DNA of 64,000 bases from the NCBI GenBank assembly GCA_044229845.1, contig JBGASG010000001.1, positions 480,001 through 544,000 on the forward strand, read 5' to 3'. The notes under the pieces are model-generated. The model saw only the letters and a list, made by a program, of their open reading frames with translations, had not been told where the DNA came from and made no database searches. Source of the stretch: Candidatus Obscuribacteraceae bacterium. GTDB taxonomy: Bacteria > Cyanobacteriota > Vampirovibrionia > Obscuribacterales > Obscuribacteraceae. Shown here one piece after another: positions 47,838-57,151 of the stretch. Every line of letters begins with the position of its first letter. Position 1 is the stretch's first letter. The position numbers and the translations under genes are program-made.

Positions 47838-47958
47838 TGTCCATCTAAAACGACGCCAAGATTCGTTCATCCGATAGGTGATAAAACAGAAGCGGTGATA
47901 GGTCCTAAGGACTACTGCCTGTACGGTTAGCCGGCTTTTTAGGCATTGAGGAGTGATT

Positions 47959-48753
47959 ATGTTGAGCGCAGCAAGCAGAGCAAACGCACTTGCAGCCCGC
48001 CTCGCTTCTGCGGCGGTGATGGTGGTCTTGGCAGCGGCTGCGCCCGCCACCGATGCCGCTGCACCGGCAGCAGCCTCGATGCCCACCGAACAGCAAATCA
48101 AAATGTTGGAAGTGCAGTGTCGGCAAGCGCCCAATTCCTGCCAACCGCACTTCGATCTCGGCAAAGCTCTTTGCAAGAAAGCCGGTGGCATGAAGAAGGG
48201 ATGCCCTGAGCAAGCAGCACTTTACCGCCGGGCTGTTTCCGAATTGCGGGTCGCGATCCGCAAAGGGAAGGGCAACGCCACATCGCAGGCCGCCAACCAA
48301 TATCTGATGACTTTGCCCAGAGACGTCGTTGCTCCGCGCACCGATGCCGATACGCCCATGATCGCGGCTGCCCATGGGATCAACGGACTGATGCGTGGTG
48401 GTGAAGCGTCCAAGCCTAAGGTGCTGGAGTTCTACGCATCCTGGTGCCAGCCTTGCAAAATGCTGAAACCGCTGATTGAGAAAGCCAAGACGACATACGG
48501 CGATAAGGTCGAATTTGTGAGCTACAACGTCGACGATCCTAAGACTGAGAAACTGATCGAAGACTACGAAGTGAGCCCGATTCCGACGCTTATCTTCTTG
48601 GGAGCGGACAACCAGGTGGTCAGCTATGCCATCGGATTTTCCGGAGAGATAGGCATCAATAACGGTCTCAAGAAGATTTTGACTGCCAGCGAGCCGATCC
48701 CGTCAGCGCCGTCGACGCCATCTGCATCCGTGCCGACCTCCCCTAGCATCTGA
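47959..48753 (+). CDS. Exported thioredoxin-domain protein with TPR-like N-terminal domain
   Basis: Signal peptide; EFYASWCQPC, IPTLIF cis-Pro loop. Confidence 0.85.
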   Translation: MLSAASRANALAARLASAAVMVVLAAAAPATDAAAPAAASMPTEQQIKMLEVQCRQAPNSCQPHFDLGKALCKKAGGMKKGCPEQAALYRRAVSELRVAIRKGKGNATSQAANQYLMTLPRDVVAPRTDADTPMIAAAHGINGLMRGGEASKPKVLEFYASWCQPCKMLKPLIEKAKTTYGDKVEFVSYNVDDPKTEKLIEDYEVSPIPTLIFLGADNQVVSYAIGFSGEIGINNGLKKILTASEPIPSAPSTPSASVPTSPSI

Positions 48754-48868
48754 TTGTCAGTCTGAAATGTGTTGACAAGATTTGCACCGCGAGTGGTGCC
48801 ACTGCCGACGCACAGCCGTTTCAGTGCGATAATTAGGTTCTGTCACAGAACAAATCAAGAGGTGAACG

Positions 48869-50272
48869 ATGGCCGTGAGTACTAAAGCGGACACCCGAGT
48901 TGAGCGCGATTCGATGGGAACCATGGAGGTTCCTGCAGACGCTTATTACGGCGCGAGCACGCAGCGGGCAGTTCTGAACTTTCCGATCAGCGATTTGCGT
49001 TATCCGCGCTCATTCATTAGAGCTCTGGCTCTGGTGAAGGCTTACGGCGCTGAAGTCAACAAAGAATACGGTGAGATCGACGCTAAAATCGCCGATGCCA
49101 TTCACAAAGCAGCGATTGAGATTGCCGAGGGCAAGTTCGACAAAGAGTTCGTCGTCGACATCTTTCAGACCGGCTCCGGCACGTCGACCAATATGAATGC
49201 GAATGAAGTGATTGCCAACCGCGCCATCGAAATACTCGGCGGCGAGCGCGGCGACCGCAATCTGGTGCACCCCAACGATCACGTCAACCGCGGCAACTCA
49301 TCCAACGATGCTATTCCGACTGCCATGCATATCGCTGCTCTTCTCGACATGAAAGAGTATCTGCATCCGGCGCTCAAAGGTTTGAAAGTCAGCCTCGAGA
49401 AGAAGTCGAAAGAATTCTGGGACGTCATCAAAACCGGACGCACTCACTTGCAAGACGCAACCCCGGTGCGCCTTGGACAAGAATTTCTCGGCTATGCCGG
49501 TCAAATCGAGCGCGCCATCGAACGCCTTGAATATGCGGAAAGTCGCCTGTCACAGGTGGCCCTGGGCGGCACCGCCGTTGGTACCGGCATCAATGCGCGC
49601 AAAGACTTTGCGCAAAAAGTGCTTGCCAAAATCTCGAAGAATCTCGGCATCAAAGTAGTTGAGACAACGAATCACTTCCAGGCTCAGAACACGCTTGATG
49701 AAGTGGTTGATGCATCCGGCGCCTTGAAAACAATTGCCGTCAGCTTGATGAAGATTGCCAACGACATTCGTTGGCTGGGCAGCGGTCCGCGCGCTGGACT
49801 GGGCGAAATTGCCTTGCCGGAAGTGCAGCCGGGCAGCTCGATTATGCCTGGCAAGGTCAATCCAGTGATTGCCGAATCTGTCTGCATGGCATGTGCGCAA
49901 GTAATCGGCAACGACGTCGTGATTAACACCGCCGGCGCCTCAGGTAACTTCGAACTGAACGTGATGATGCCGATCGCCACTTACGACTTGTTGCAATCGA
50001 TCATGCTGTTGGCGCGAGTCGCCGAGAACTTCCAACGCCAGTGCGTCGATGGTATCAAGGCTACCGAGAGAGGACCGGAGATGGTCGAGCGCGGCTTAAT
50101 GATGTGCACCGCCCTGGTACCGGAAATTGGCTATGACCTGTCAGCCGCGATTGCGAAAGAAGCTTCCAAAACAGGCGAAACTATTCGAGAAGTGGCGCGT
50201 AAGAAGACCGAGTTGACCGAAGATCAGCTGAAGAAGATTCTTGATCCATCGAAAATGACGGAGCCAGACTAA
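48869..50272 (+). CDS. fumC: Class II fumarate hydratase
   Basis: QTGSGTSTNMNANEVI, GRTHLQDATP, GSSIMPGKVNP. Confidence 0.96.
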   Translation: MAVSTKADTRVERDSMGTMEVPADAYYGASTQRAVLNFPISDLRYPRSFIRALALVKAYGAEVNKEYGEIDAKIADAIHKAAIEIAEGKFDKEFVVDIFQTGSGTSTNMNANEVIANRAIEILGGERGDRNLVHPNDHVNRGNSSNDAIPTAMHIAALLDMKEYLHPALKGLKVSLEKKSKEFWDVIKTGRTHLQDATPVRLGQEFLGYAGQIERAIERLEYAESRLSQVALGGTAVGTGINARKDFAQKVLAKISKNLGIKVVETTNHFQAQNTLDEVVDASGALKTIAVSLMKIANDIRWLGSGPRAGLGEIALPEVQPGSSIMPGKVNPVIAESVCMACAQVIGNDVVINTAGASGNFELNVMMPIATYDLLQSIMLLARVAENFQRQCVDGIKATERGPEMVERGLMMCTALVPEIGYDLSAAIAKEASKTGETIREVARKKTELTEDQLKKILDPSKMTEPD

Positions 50273-50324
50273 CTCCGGGCCCGCAGCGCTGATTAAACGG
50301 AGTACACTGTAACTGTCTTGAGTT

Positions 50325-51386
50325 ATGGAGGTGTTCAACGTGGGTTCAGTCCGACAGATGCTATCTGGAAGTTTCTGTGGAGTCCTGGCGTTGTCTTTCT
50401 CGCAGGTACTGATTGAGATCGCCGCTGCTGATGCGGCGCCGGCACCGATCAGGCGGACAGCCGCCGGCAACCAGCAAATCATCAAGAAAGGGTGTGACCT
50501 CACCCCGCAGTACAACGCCTACCTTGGAAAGCTGCAAAACCGGGTGCTCTCCAAATGGAACACATTGCTCGCCGACGGCAAGAACAACGTGACTCTGGCT
50601 GCCACCGTCAATACCGACGGCTCGGTGCAGAACGTGACGATGCGTAGTTCGCCGAACAATCCTGCGGCAGAGCAATCGGCTCTCGATGCGTTCAACAACT
50701 CGCAGCCGCTTGATGCCCTGCCGTCCGGAAGCAGTCCAGTGGTGATCACATTCACATTCGTATCCACATCTGATCCGCATGGTGACAGCAACTCCAGCAT
50801 GTCCGCGCGTATGGCGCCGGTCACCGCTCCATCGGCGAATGTGCCGCCCAGTTCATCTCCGTCCTCATCCTCCAATTATTCATCGCCGGCAACCAGCTCC
50901 AGCTATACTCCCCCTGCCGACGCCACCTCGACTCCATCGACTCCAGCAACTTCATCCACCCCAGCCTCTTCAGCAGGTTCGGGCGGTAGTTATCCCGCAC
51001 AGAGCGGAATGCCTGCCGATCTCGGATTAGGGTCCGTGTTGCCGCCCGATAAAGACGGTGGGCAGAGTGCGCCAGCCGCACAGTCCGCTCCCGCTTCAAC
51101 TGCGCCAGCCACTGCGGCTCCGGCGGCGGCGCCAGCTGATGCTGCTTCGGCTGCCCCAGCAGAAGCGGCACCCGCAGCTCAAGCGGCGCCGGCAGCTCAA
51201 GCCGCGCCGGCAGCGACTGGACAGGAAGGAGCATCACAGCCGGAATCAGCGCCTGCATCTACACCGGTCGGCGGCGCTCCTGCCTCGACTGGCGGCGATG
51301 TGGACAACTTCACCCCTTCTGAAACGACTACGCAACCGCCACAAGGCTCTCAGCCTGCGACCTACGGAAGTTCTGAAAATCCCTGA
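50325..51386 (+). CDS. Exported TonB-C-terminal-domain protein with long S/P/A/T-rich tail
   Basis: Y...LQNRV...W...TVNTDGSV......SS....EQSALDA....QPL..LP; start codon uncertain. Confidence 0.75.
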   Translation: MEVFNVGSVRQMLSGSFCGVLALSFSQVLIEIAAADAAPAPIRRTAAGNQQIIKKGCDLTPQYNAYLGKLQNRVLSKWNTLLADGKNNVTLAATVNTDGSVQNVTMRSSPNNPAAEQSALDAFNNSQPLDALPSGSSPVVITFTFVSTSDPHGDSNSSMSARMAPVTAPSANVPPSSSPSSSSNYSSPATSSSYTPPADATSTPSTPATSSTPASSAGSGGSYPAQSGMPADLGLGSVLPPDKDGGQSAPAAQSAPASTAPATAAPAAAPADAASAAPAEAAPAAQAAPAAQAAPAATGQEGASQPESAPASTPVGGAPASTGGDVDNFTPSETTTQPPQGSQPATYGSSENP

Positions 51387-51412
51387 CCGCTTAACTAATC
51401 GGGCAGCTTCAC

Positions 51413-52978
51413 GTGTTCTTTCCAATGCACTTCTGGCCTCAGCCGTCTGTCGAACCGATTCGCAAGATGCAATTCGCCGGCAGTTGGTATAGCGCTGACC
51501 CAGAAAGGTTGAAAGCGCAACTGGAAGAAATGCTCGAACGCGCTTCGCCGCTCGCAGACGAGCAAACCGCCAATAAGCTCACCACTGCCAACCAGCGTCT
51601 GGAGGAGCCGGTCACGGCTATCGTTGTGCCCCACGCAGGGTATGCGTTTTCCGGGCAAGCTGCCGCGCATGCGTATGGGTTGGTAGCCGATCGACAGGTA
51701 AAACGTGTCATTCTCCTCGGACCGAGTCACCATGTGGGATTCCACGGAGCTGCTCTGCCGGCAGCCTCTGCTTTTGCAACGCCACTGGGAGCCCTGACTG
51801 TTGATCGCGCTACCGTGGATGAACTTGTGACTTATCCGTTGTTCGCGGTATTACCTGAGGTGCACAAGGTAGAGCATTCCCTTGAATTGCAGTTGCCTTT
51901 CATCCGGCAAACGCTCGGAGACGTGCCGATTGTGCCGATCATCATTGGTCAGCTCAACGACGAGAGCGAGATGCGGCTGATTGCAGAGGTGCTGCGTGGT
52001 TTCATGCAAGACGGTGATCTTCTGGTCGTTAGCTCCGACTTCACGCATTACGGGCCGCGGTACGAGTATGAGCCCTACGACGGACCTATTCGTGCTGTGG
52101 TCCAGGAATTGGACAGATCTTCGTTTTCGCACCTTGCAAAACTCGATCTGGAAGGATTCGTACAGTTTCAACACGAAACCAAAGACACCATATGTGGTTT
52201 CTTCCCTTGTGCGGTGATGTGTGCGCTGATGCCCGCTGGAACACGTGTGACGGCGCTAAAGTACTACACTTCACAGGATTGCTTGAGTGAAGATAACTAC
52301 AACTCCGTGAGCTACATCGCGATCGCTCTTTCCGGGCAACAGTGGCCGGAAAAAGCTGATACCATCCCCGACGCTAAAGACGTGGTGCAACTTTCCGATG
52401 AGGAACGCAAAGCGTTACTGTGCCTAGCCAGAAAGACTTTAGAAATTCATTTGAATGAGAACCGCGTCGCCACGCCGGAAGAGGTCGGGATAGAAATCAC
52501 CGAACCCATGAAGCGCTGCTTCGGTGCCTTTGTGACTTTGTACAAGCCGACACACGGAGTGTCGAATATGGGGCACGGTGATAAAGATCTGCGAGGATGC
52601 ATCGGCAGCATGTGGCCTGTGGCGCCGCTCTGGCAGTCGGTGCAGGAAAATGCCATCGCCGCCGCGGTTCGTGATCCGCGTTTCCCGTCGCTCCATCGCA
52701 CTGAAATGAACGACGTCATAATTGAGGTGAACGTGTTAACGCCTCCTCGCCGCATTAAGTCGAAGGAGCAGATAGTCATCGGACGCGACGGTGTCATCTT
52801 CGCAAAGGCAGGGCACAGCTCAGTTTTCCTTCCGCATGTGATGACGGAATTCGGATGGACAGTCGACGAAACTCTTCGGCAACTGGCAATAAAAGCCGGA
52901 TTGCGGCCGGATGATGTGACAGGAGCTAAACTAGATATATTCCAGTCGGAAATCATCTCTGAGGATGAGAAGACGTGA
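51413..52978 (+). CDS. amrB: AmmeMemoRadiSam protein B (MEMO1) fused to protein A (AMMECR1)
   Basis: AGSWY, PHAGY.FSG, GPSH, EHSLELQLPF, SSDFTHYG, TICG; then GAFVTL..LRGCIG, DPRF, FLPHV. Confidence 0.92.
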   Translation: MFFPMHFWPQPSVEPIRKMQFAGSWYSADPERLKAQLEEMLERASPLADEQTANKLTTANQRLEEPVTAIVVPHAGYAFSGQAAAHAYGLVADRQVKRVILLGPSHHVGFHGAALPAASAFATPLGALTVDRATVDELVTYPLFAVLPEVHKVEHSLELQLPFIRQTLGDVPIVPIIIGQLNDESEMRLIAEVLRGFMQDGDLLVVSSDFTHYGPRYEYEPYDGPIRAVVQELDRSSFSHLAKLDLEGFVQFQHETKDTICGFFPCAVMCALMPAGTRVTALKYYTSQDCLSEDNYNSVSYIAIALSGQQWPEKADTIPDAKDVVQLSDEERKALLCLARKTLEIHLNENRVATPEEVGIEITEPMKRCFGAFVTLYKPTHGVSNMGHGDKDLRGCIGSMWPVAPLWQSVQENAIAAAVRDPRFPSLHRTEMNDVIIEVNVLTPPRRIKSKEQIVIGRDGVIFAKAGHSSVFLPHVMTEFGWTVDETLRQLAIKAGLRPDDVTGAKLDIFQSEIISEDEKT

Positions 52979-53847
52979 ACTCTAAGGCTGCCGCTCTGAT
53001 AGCGTTGTCTGTTGCATTCCTTGAGGTCTGTCCAGTCACCGCGCAGAGTCAGCAGCAGGTGAGCGGCGGCTCGAACGAATATGTTCAGAGTCCGCAGTTT
53101 AGTTATGGCGGCATGTATAGCAATGGCTCTGGCGGGCAGAGCAGCAGCGCCATGTCCCCGCCGGTGCCTGTGCAACAACAGCAAGTGCCGATGCAGCCTA
53201 TGCAGCATATGCAGCAATCCGGCGTGTTCAACAGCGGCATGCAGAGTGTGCGCGGTAACAGCAATTTCTTCCAAGCTAGCGGCGTGTTGCAGCAGCAGCA
53301 AATGCAGATGCAGCAGCAAATGCAGATGCAACAGCAAATGCAGATGCAGCAGCAGCGTCAAATGGCAATGCAGCGCCAGATGGAGATGCAAAAGCAGAAG
53401 CAATTGCAAATGCAGAAACAAGCGCAGCTGAAGAAACAGAAAGAGCAGCAGGCGGATGCCAATCCATTTAGCGGGCGCAACATCCTTAAGGCGTTGCTGG
53501 GGCAACCCACCGGACCAGTCGATCCCGCAAATGACAATTCCAACCTGGGCGCTGCACAGGCACAGTGTCAGGTAGCGAAGGATCAAGCCAGCCAGGCTGA
53601 AGGGGATGAGTCGCGCGCAAGTTATGGCGAAAAGGGGTCGCGCCAGAGTGCGGCTTACTCGGCTCACTGTCATGCCGATGCTGCCCGAGCTGCTGCCGAC
53701 AAAGCCTATTCGCTGTCTGCCGGAAAATCATCTGCCACCAAAGATGCCGCGGCGCAAGCCCGTGACGCAGCCAACCGTGCGCAAGCTGCAGCAGATCGAG
53801 CTTCTATAAAGCAAATCAGTAGAGTTGATCGCCTTCTTCGAAATTGA
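52975..53847 (+). CDS. Secreted Gln/Met-rich low-complexity protein
   Basis: Signal peptide; QQQMQM repeats; Ala-rich helical C-terminus. Confidence 0.7.
   Translation: MNSKAAALIALSVAFLEVCPVTAQSQQQVSGGSNEYVQSPQFSYGGMYSNGSGGQSSSAMSPPVPVQQQQVPMQPMQHMQQSGVFNSGMQSVRGNSNFFQASGVLQQQQMQMQQQMQMQQQMQMQQQRQMAMQRQMEMQKQKQLQMQKQAQLKKQKEQQADANPFSGRNILKALLGQPTGPVDPANDNSNLGAAQAQCQVAKDQASQAEGDESRASYGEKGSRQSAAYSAHCHADAARAAADKAYSLSAGKSSATKDAAAQARDAANRAQAAADRASIKQISRVDRLLRN
53293..53346 (+). repeat. 18-bp coding tandem repeat x3 (QQQMQM)
   Basis: cagcagcaaatgcagatg x2 plus caacagcaaatgcagatg, followed by degenerate copies. Confidence 0.9.
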
Positions 53848-55381
53848 TGGGCAGTTCCGGCGGTGCCGTTTGCGCGAGCGCTGAGTTAGTTACAGCCGTG
53901 AGCGGGGTGGCAGCCGCAGGTTTACCGAGTAATCGGTCGGCCGCGCATCCGCAGTTTTTGACGATGACATTTTTGGTTTCCAACGCTGGTCCGACCTGCG
54001 TGAATGCATCGACTGGATTGCTTTTCAGGACATGTCCTTCGACAGCAGCTACCCTTTCTTGCACGATGTTATTGCGTTGCTCTGACACCCAGACAGCCCA
54101 GTCTTCAGGAGCCGAGTAGGTGGGAACCAGTGCTGGTGCCAGCCGCTGTTGATTGTACAGAGACAGGGCACTCTTCTCATCGCCGTGCAGCAAATAAGCT
54201 TTTGCCAGCGTCAGCACGTTTTGTGCGGATGGAACTTTGGCGACTTGCTTGTTGGCCAGATCAAGCAGACTTGATGAGGCCAGCTGATCCTCACCATTGA
54301 GTATCGAAGCCTGAGCGAGGTACTGTGCCGCTTGGGTAATCTTGTTCGACTTCAAGTTGAGCAGTCCGCGCCGCCGCCATGTGTCCCCGTTGTGTGGGTC
54401 GAGCCAGAGGCTGTGCTGGTAGGCATTTTCGGCTTCCGGCAAGCGATTGAGAGCTGTGTACATATTGCCTTCGCCTGCCAGCGCGAGTGCAGACGGCACC
54501 AGCTGCGCGGCTTGCTGATATTCCACGAGCGCTCCTATATACCGTCCGTGGTTGGCGAGGCACTCGGCGATGTGCATCCGATTGTCCGGATTGCTCGGTT
54601 CTACCCCTGATTTGCTATAGGCCTCTTTGAGAATTGATGCCGCGGCGGGATTAGTCGGATCCAGATACAGGGCTTCGCGTGCGCGCCTTGCGCCGCATTC
54701 GAAGTACCCGCAGCACATAAACTGGCGAGCCCGCATGATAGAGACTTGGACCAGCTCGTTCTTCACCGACGAGCACTCGGGATTGGCCGATAGAGCTTTG
54801 CGGAGGATGGAGGCTGCTTTATCGCCGTTTTCCTCGCTGACTGCCTGGCGCGCGGCGGCAATGGCTTCTTCGCAGGAGAGGTTGCGACCGACGGAAATCT
54901 CCGCGGGGATGGGCTTTTTGAACCGTGGCAATGGACTGCTTGGTCCCGCAGGCAGCTTTCCGGAAGGGAAGGTCGGCTTACGTCTTGCCGGTCGACGGCT
55001 GTATCCGGGTGTTCGCCGCGGTTTCATGCCGGGCGGTGGCTCTGCGCCCAGATTTCCTGACGGAAACTTGGGCATGGCACTGGGTGGACGCGGTTTTGGT
55101 TTGGGTTTGCGCACCGCTGCTTTGGGTTTGGCGGGTTGCCGGGACGGGGCAGCAGCTGACGGATCGCTGACGGTCTCTACGTCGTCGCACGTCGGACAGT
55201 TTGATTTTGGCACTGCCGGCGAGGCATTGATGTTGGCGGCGCGTTCGACTCGGATGCGGCGAATCAGGTTGGTTGGGACGTGATAACCCTGGATCTCCTG
55301 ATAATCGATGGCAGTGGCGACTGGGTTTGTAGAGACCAGCACCAGTGCAGCGGCTGAGAGCCGATTAAGCAGTTTCAGCAA
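53816..55381 (-). CDS. Secreted TPR protein with Pro/Lys/Arg-rich linker
   Basis: Signal peptide; CPTC; P/K/R-rich segment; TPR motifs (AL.LDP.N). Confidence 0.78.
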   Translation of the reverse strand: MLKLLNRLSAAALVLVSTNPVATAIDYQEIQGYHVPTNLIRRIRVERAANINASPAVPKSNCPTCDDVETVSDPSAAAPSRQPAKPKAAVRKPKPKPRPPSAMPKFPSGNLGAEPPPGMKPRRTPGYSRRPARRKPTFPSGKLPAGPSSPLPRFKKPIPAEISVGRNLSCEEAIAAARQAVSEENGDKAASILRKALSANPECSSVKNELVQVSIMRARQFMCCGYFECGARRAREALYLDPTNPAAASILKEAYSKSGVEPSNPDNRMHIAECLANHGRYIGALVEYQQAAQLVPSALALAGEGNMYTALNRLPEAENAYQHSLWLDPHNGDTWRRRGLLNLKSNKITQAAQYLAQASILNGEDQLASSSLLDLANKQVAKVPSAQNVLTLAKAYLLHGDEKSALSLYNQQRLAPALVPTYSAPEDWAVWVSEQRNNIVQERVAAVEGHVLKSNPVDAFTQVGPALETKNVIVKNCGCAADRLLGKPAAATPLTAVTNSALAQTAPPELPINFEEGDQLY

Positions 55382-55494
55382 GTAGGAATTTCTCCCGTCA
55401 ACGTCCCTTTAGATCCTAAGCAGGACTAGAAAATTGACCATCGTGAGATTCCCACTCAGAAGGTGATTCGTTACGTAACTACTAGTTTGCGGCG

Positions 55495-56025
55495 TCAGGC
55501 AATGTGGACGAGCAGGTAGGTTAGCCCGACCTGCAACGCAGCAAACAGAATGAAGATCGGTGTCACATCGCGGCGCTTGAAGCGCGCCAGTTCCGACTCT
55601 ATTGAGGGAATCAACTTGGCGCGTTCGTCTTCCGATAGAACCTTGGCTGGCAGTATCAAACGCGGATTGTTGCGGAACAAACCATAGCTGAAGGTTTCAT
55701 CGCCCGCGGTATCAGCCACTGCCAGACGAAGACCAGGCAGCGATAGTTTTTCGCACTGCGCATCCAGTGCTGCTTTCAATTCCGGATTGGTATCAGCCAA
55801 CTCCTCCAGGGCGATAAACCGGGCGCGCGCATACTTGCGCTCCGTCCAGTCTAGTATCAGCGGCAGTATCATGACAAAGAGCACGTTCCAGGACAGAGCC
55901 AGGAATAACCCTGCGTTCAGGTCCAGGTCGTGCTTATTGATCAGATATGCCATGGGCAGCGTCAAAATGATGCCCACAGCAAAAGTTGCTGCGCAGTAGG
56001 TTCGTAGCAAGGTCGCCGGTTTCAT
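55495..56025 (-). CDS. Membrane protein resembling a truncated M48/M56 peptidase lacking HExxH
   Basis: Three TMs; FSYG....PRLIL...L.......I.SELARFKRRD. Confidence 0.6.
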   Translation of the reverse strand: MKPATLLRTYCAATFAVGIILTLPMAYLINKHDLDLNAGLFLALSWNVLFVMILPLILDWTERKYARARFIALEELADTNPELKAALDAQCEKLSLPGLRLAVADTAGDETFSYGLFRNNPRLILPAKVLSEDERAKLIPSIESELARFKRRDVTPIFILFAALQVGLTYLLVHIA

Positions 56026-56090
56026 GGAAGAGCTTTCTCCTGTCCTCTACTTTCCCTGGGACAGAAGCGGCAAAACCATTGGCATCCCTG

Positions 56091-56699
56091 CTATTTGAGA
56101 TGCTGAAGAATGTTGCGCGCCTTGTCATTCTGCATGAGCTTTTCCAGGGTGCCTGGCGGCAGGTCGTTGGTGATGCTCTTCAGTTTGTCGGCCAGCGAAC
56201 CGCTGCCTGCGCCAGGCGCGGCTGCCGGTCCTGCACTGGCGGTAGCCGCCGGTACGGGATCTGGTCCACCCTGTTGCGAACCAGCAGGTGGTGTCGGACG
56301 CTGAGTTTTGAGGTTTCTTCCACGCTGCAGCTGATCTGCAAGACTGCGCGTCAGAGATTCGATTCTGCCCTTAATCGCGTCAGCCTGCGCGCCTCCTTTT
56401 ACCTGTTCCTCAACTTTGTTGAACTCCGTAAGGTAGACAGAGGTGCCAATTCCGTGTTTTTTCGCCAGATCGATACGGCTCAAAAGCAGCTTGCGTTCTG
56501 CTTCCAGTGGACCCGGTACGACGCCACCCGGCTGGGCGGACAGAGTAGCCGGCGGCAAGGCGGGCTGCGCCGCCGCAGTGCCGTTTTCCATAGCGCTGCC
56601 CTCTCCGGGAGCACCAGGTGACTGAGCGCCTGCACTGCCGGCAGAGGCTACCAGGGCGCATATGGTCAGAAATGTGCGCACCCGACTGGTCGCAAACAT
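56091..56699 (-). CDS. Secreted hypothetical protein
   Basis: GGAGG SD before ATG 56699; signal peptide (AGA-QS). Confidence 0.7.
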   Translation of the reverse strand: MFATSRVRTFLTICALVASAGSAGAQSPGAPGEGSAMENGTAAAQPALPPATLSAQPGGVVPGPLEAERKLLLSRIDLAKKHGIGTSVYLTEFNKVEEQVKGGAQADAIKGRIESLTRSLADQLQRGRNLKTQRPTPPAGSQQGGPDPVPAATASAGPAAAPGAGSGSLADKLKSITNDLPPGTLEKLMQNDKARNILQHLK

Positions 56700-56818
56700 G
56701 CCGAACCTCCTCCGAACTGGGCAAGACAAATGCCTGCTTGGCATCTGACCTTCATTGTAGTACGTTTATAACTGCTTGAGTTGTGCCCGAAATCCGGGTA
56801 ATTTACTCGGAACTTACT

Positions 56819-57151
56819 ATGAATCGCCAATCTCTAGATGACTACACGCGCAAGGTAGCGCAGTATTTGCGCGAACGGGAAGCTGGACGTATCCGCGGAC
56901 AACGCGAACGACTGGCGGCACTCGACCTGGTATCCGACGAGGAATTGCTGCGCAAGTGGACATGGATGAGTGCCATAGGCGGGATTCTTGTAGCGTTTGT
57001 CGGCCTTCCTCTGGGGATTAACATCTTTCGGATATTTCTGCCGTACGAACTGGTACAAATTCTCTGGGCCGTGCATAAGGTAGCTATGGCCATTGTCATT
57101 GCAATGTTCTGCGTGGCTTTGTATTTCACGTTCAGGAGAAACGCGGCTTAA
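56819..57151 (+). CDS. Small two-TM membrane protein
   Basis: Charged N-terminal helix plus two hydrophobic segments; stop overlaps the next ATG (TAATG). Confidence 0.65.
   Translation: MNRQSLDDYTRKVAQYLREREAGRIRGQRERLAALDLVSDEELLRKWTWMSAIGGILVAFVGLPLGINIFRIFLPYELVQILWAVHKVAMAIVIAMFCVALYFTFRRNAA

Noticed and set aside
47040..48191. 383 aa minus-strand ORF
   Set aside because: It overlaps two well-formed + strand genes and has no recognisable motifs.
48772..48833. TTGACA upstream of fumC as a sigma70 -35 (likewise a TGnTAAACT at 34491-34499)
   Set aside because: No correctly spaced partner element; these promoter calls cannot be supported without TSS data.
52447..53673. 408 aa minus-strand ORF with LHLHLL repeats
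   Set aside because: It is the antisense shadow of the QQQMQM repeat gene and the amrB/A 3' end; the + strand genes are better supported.
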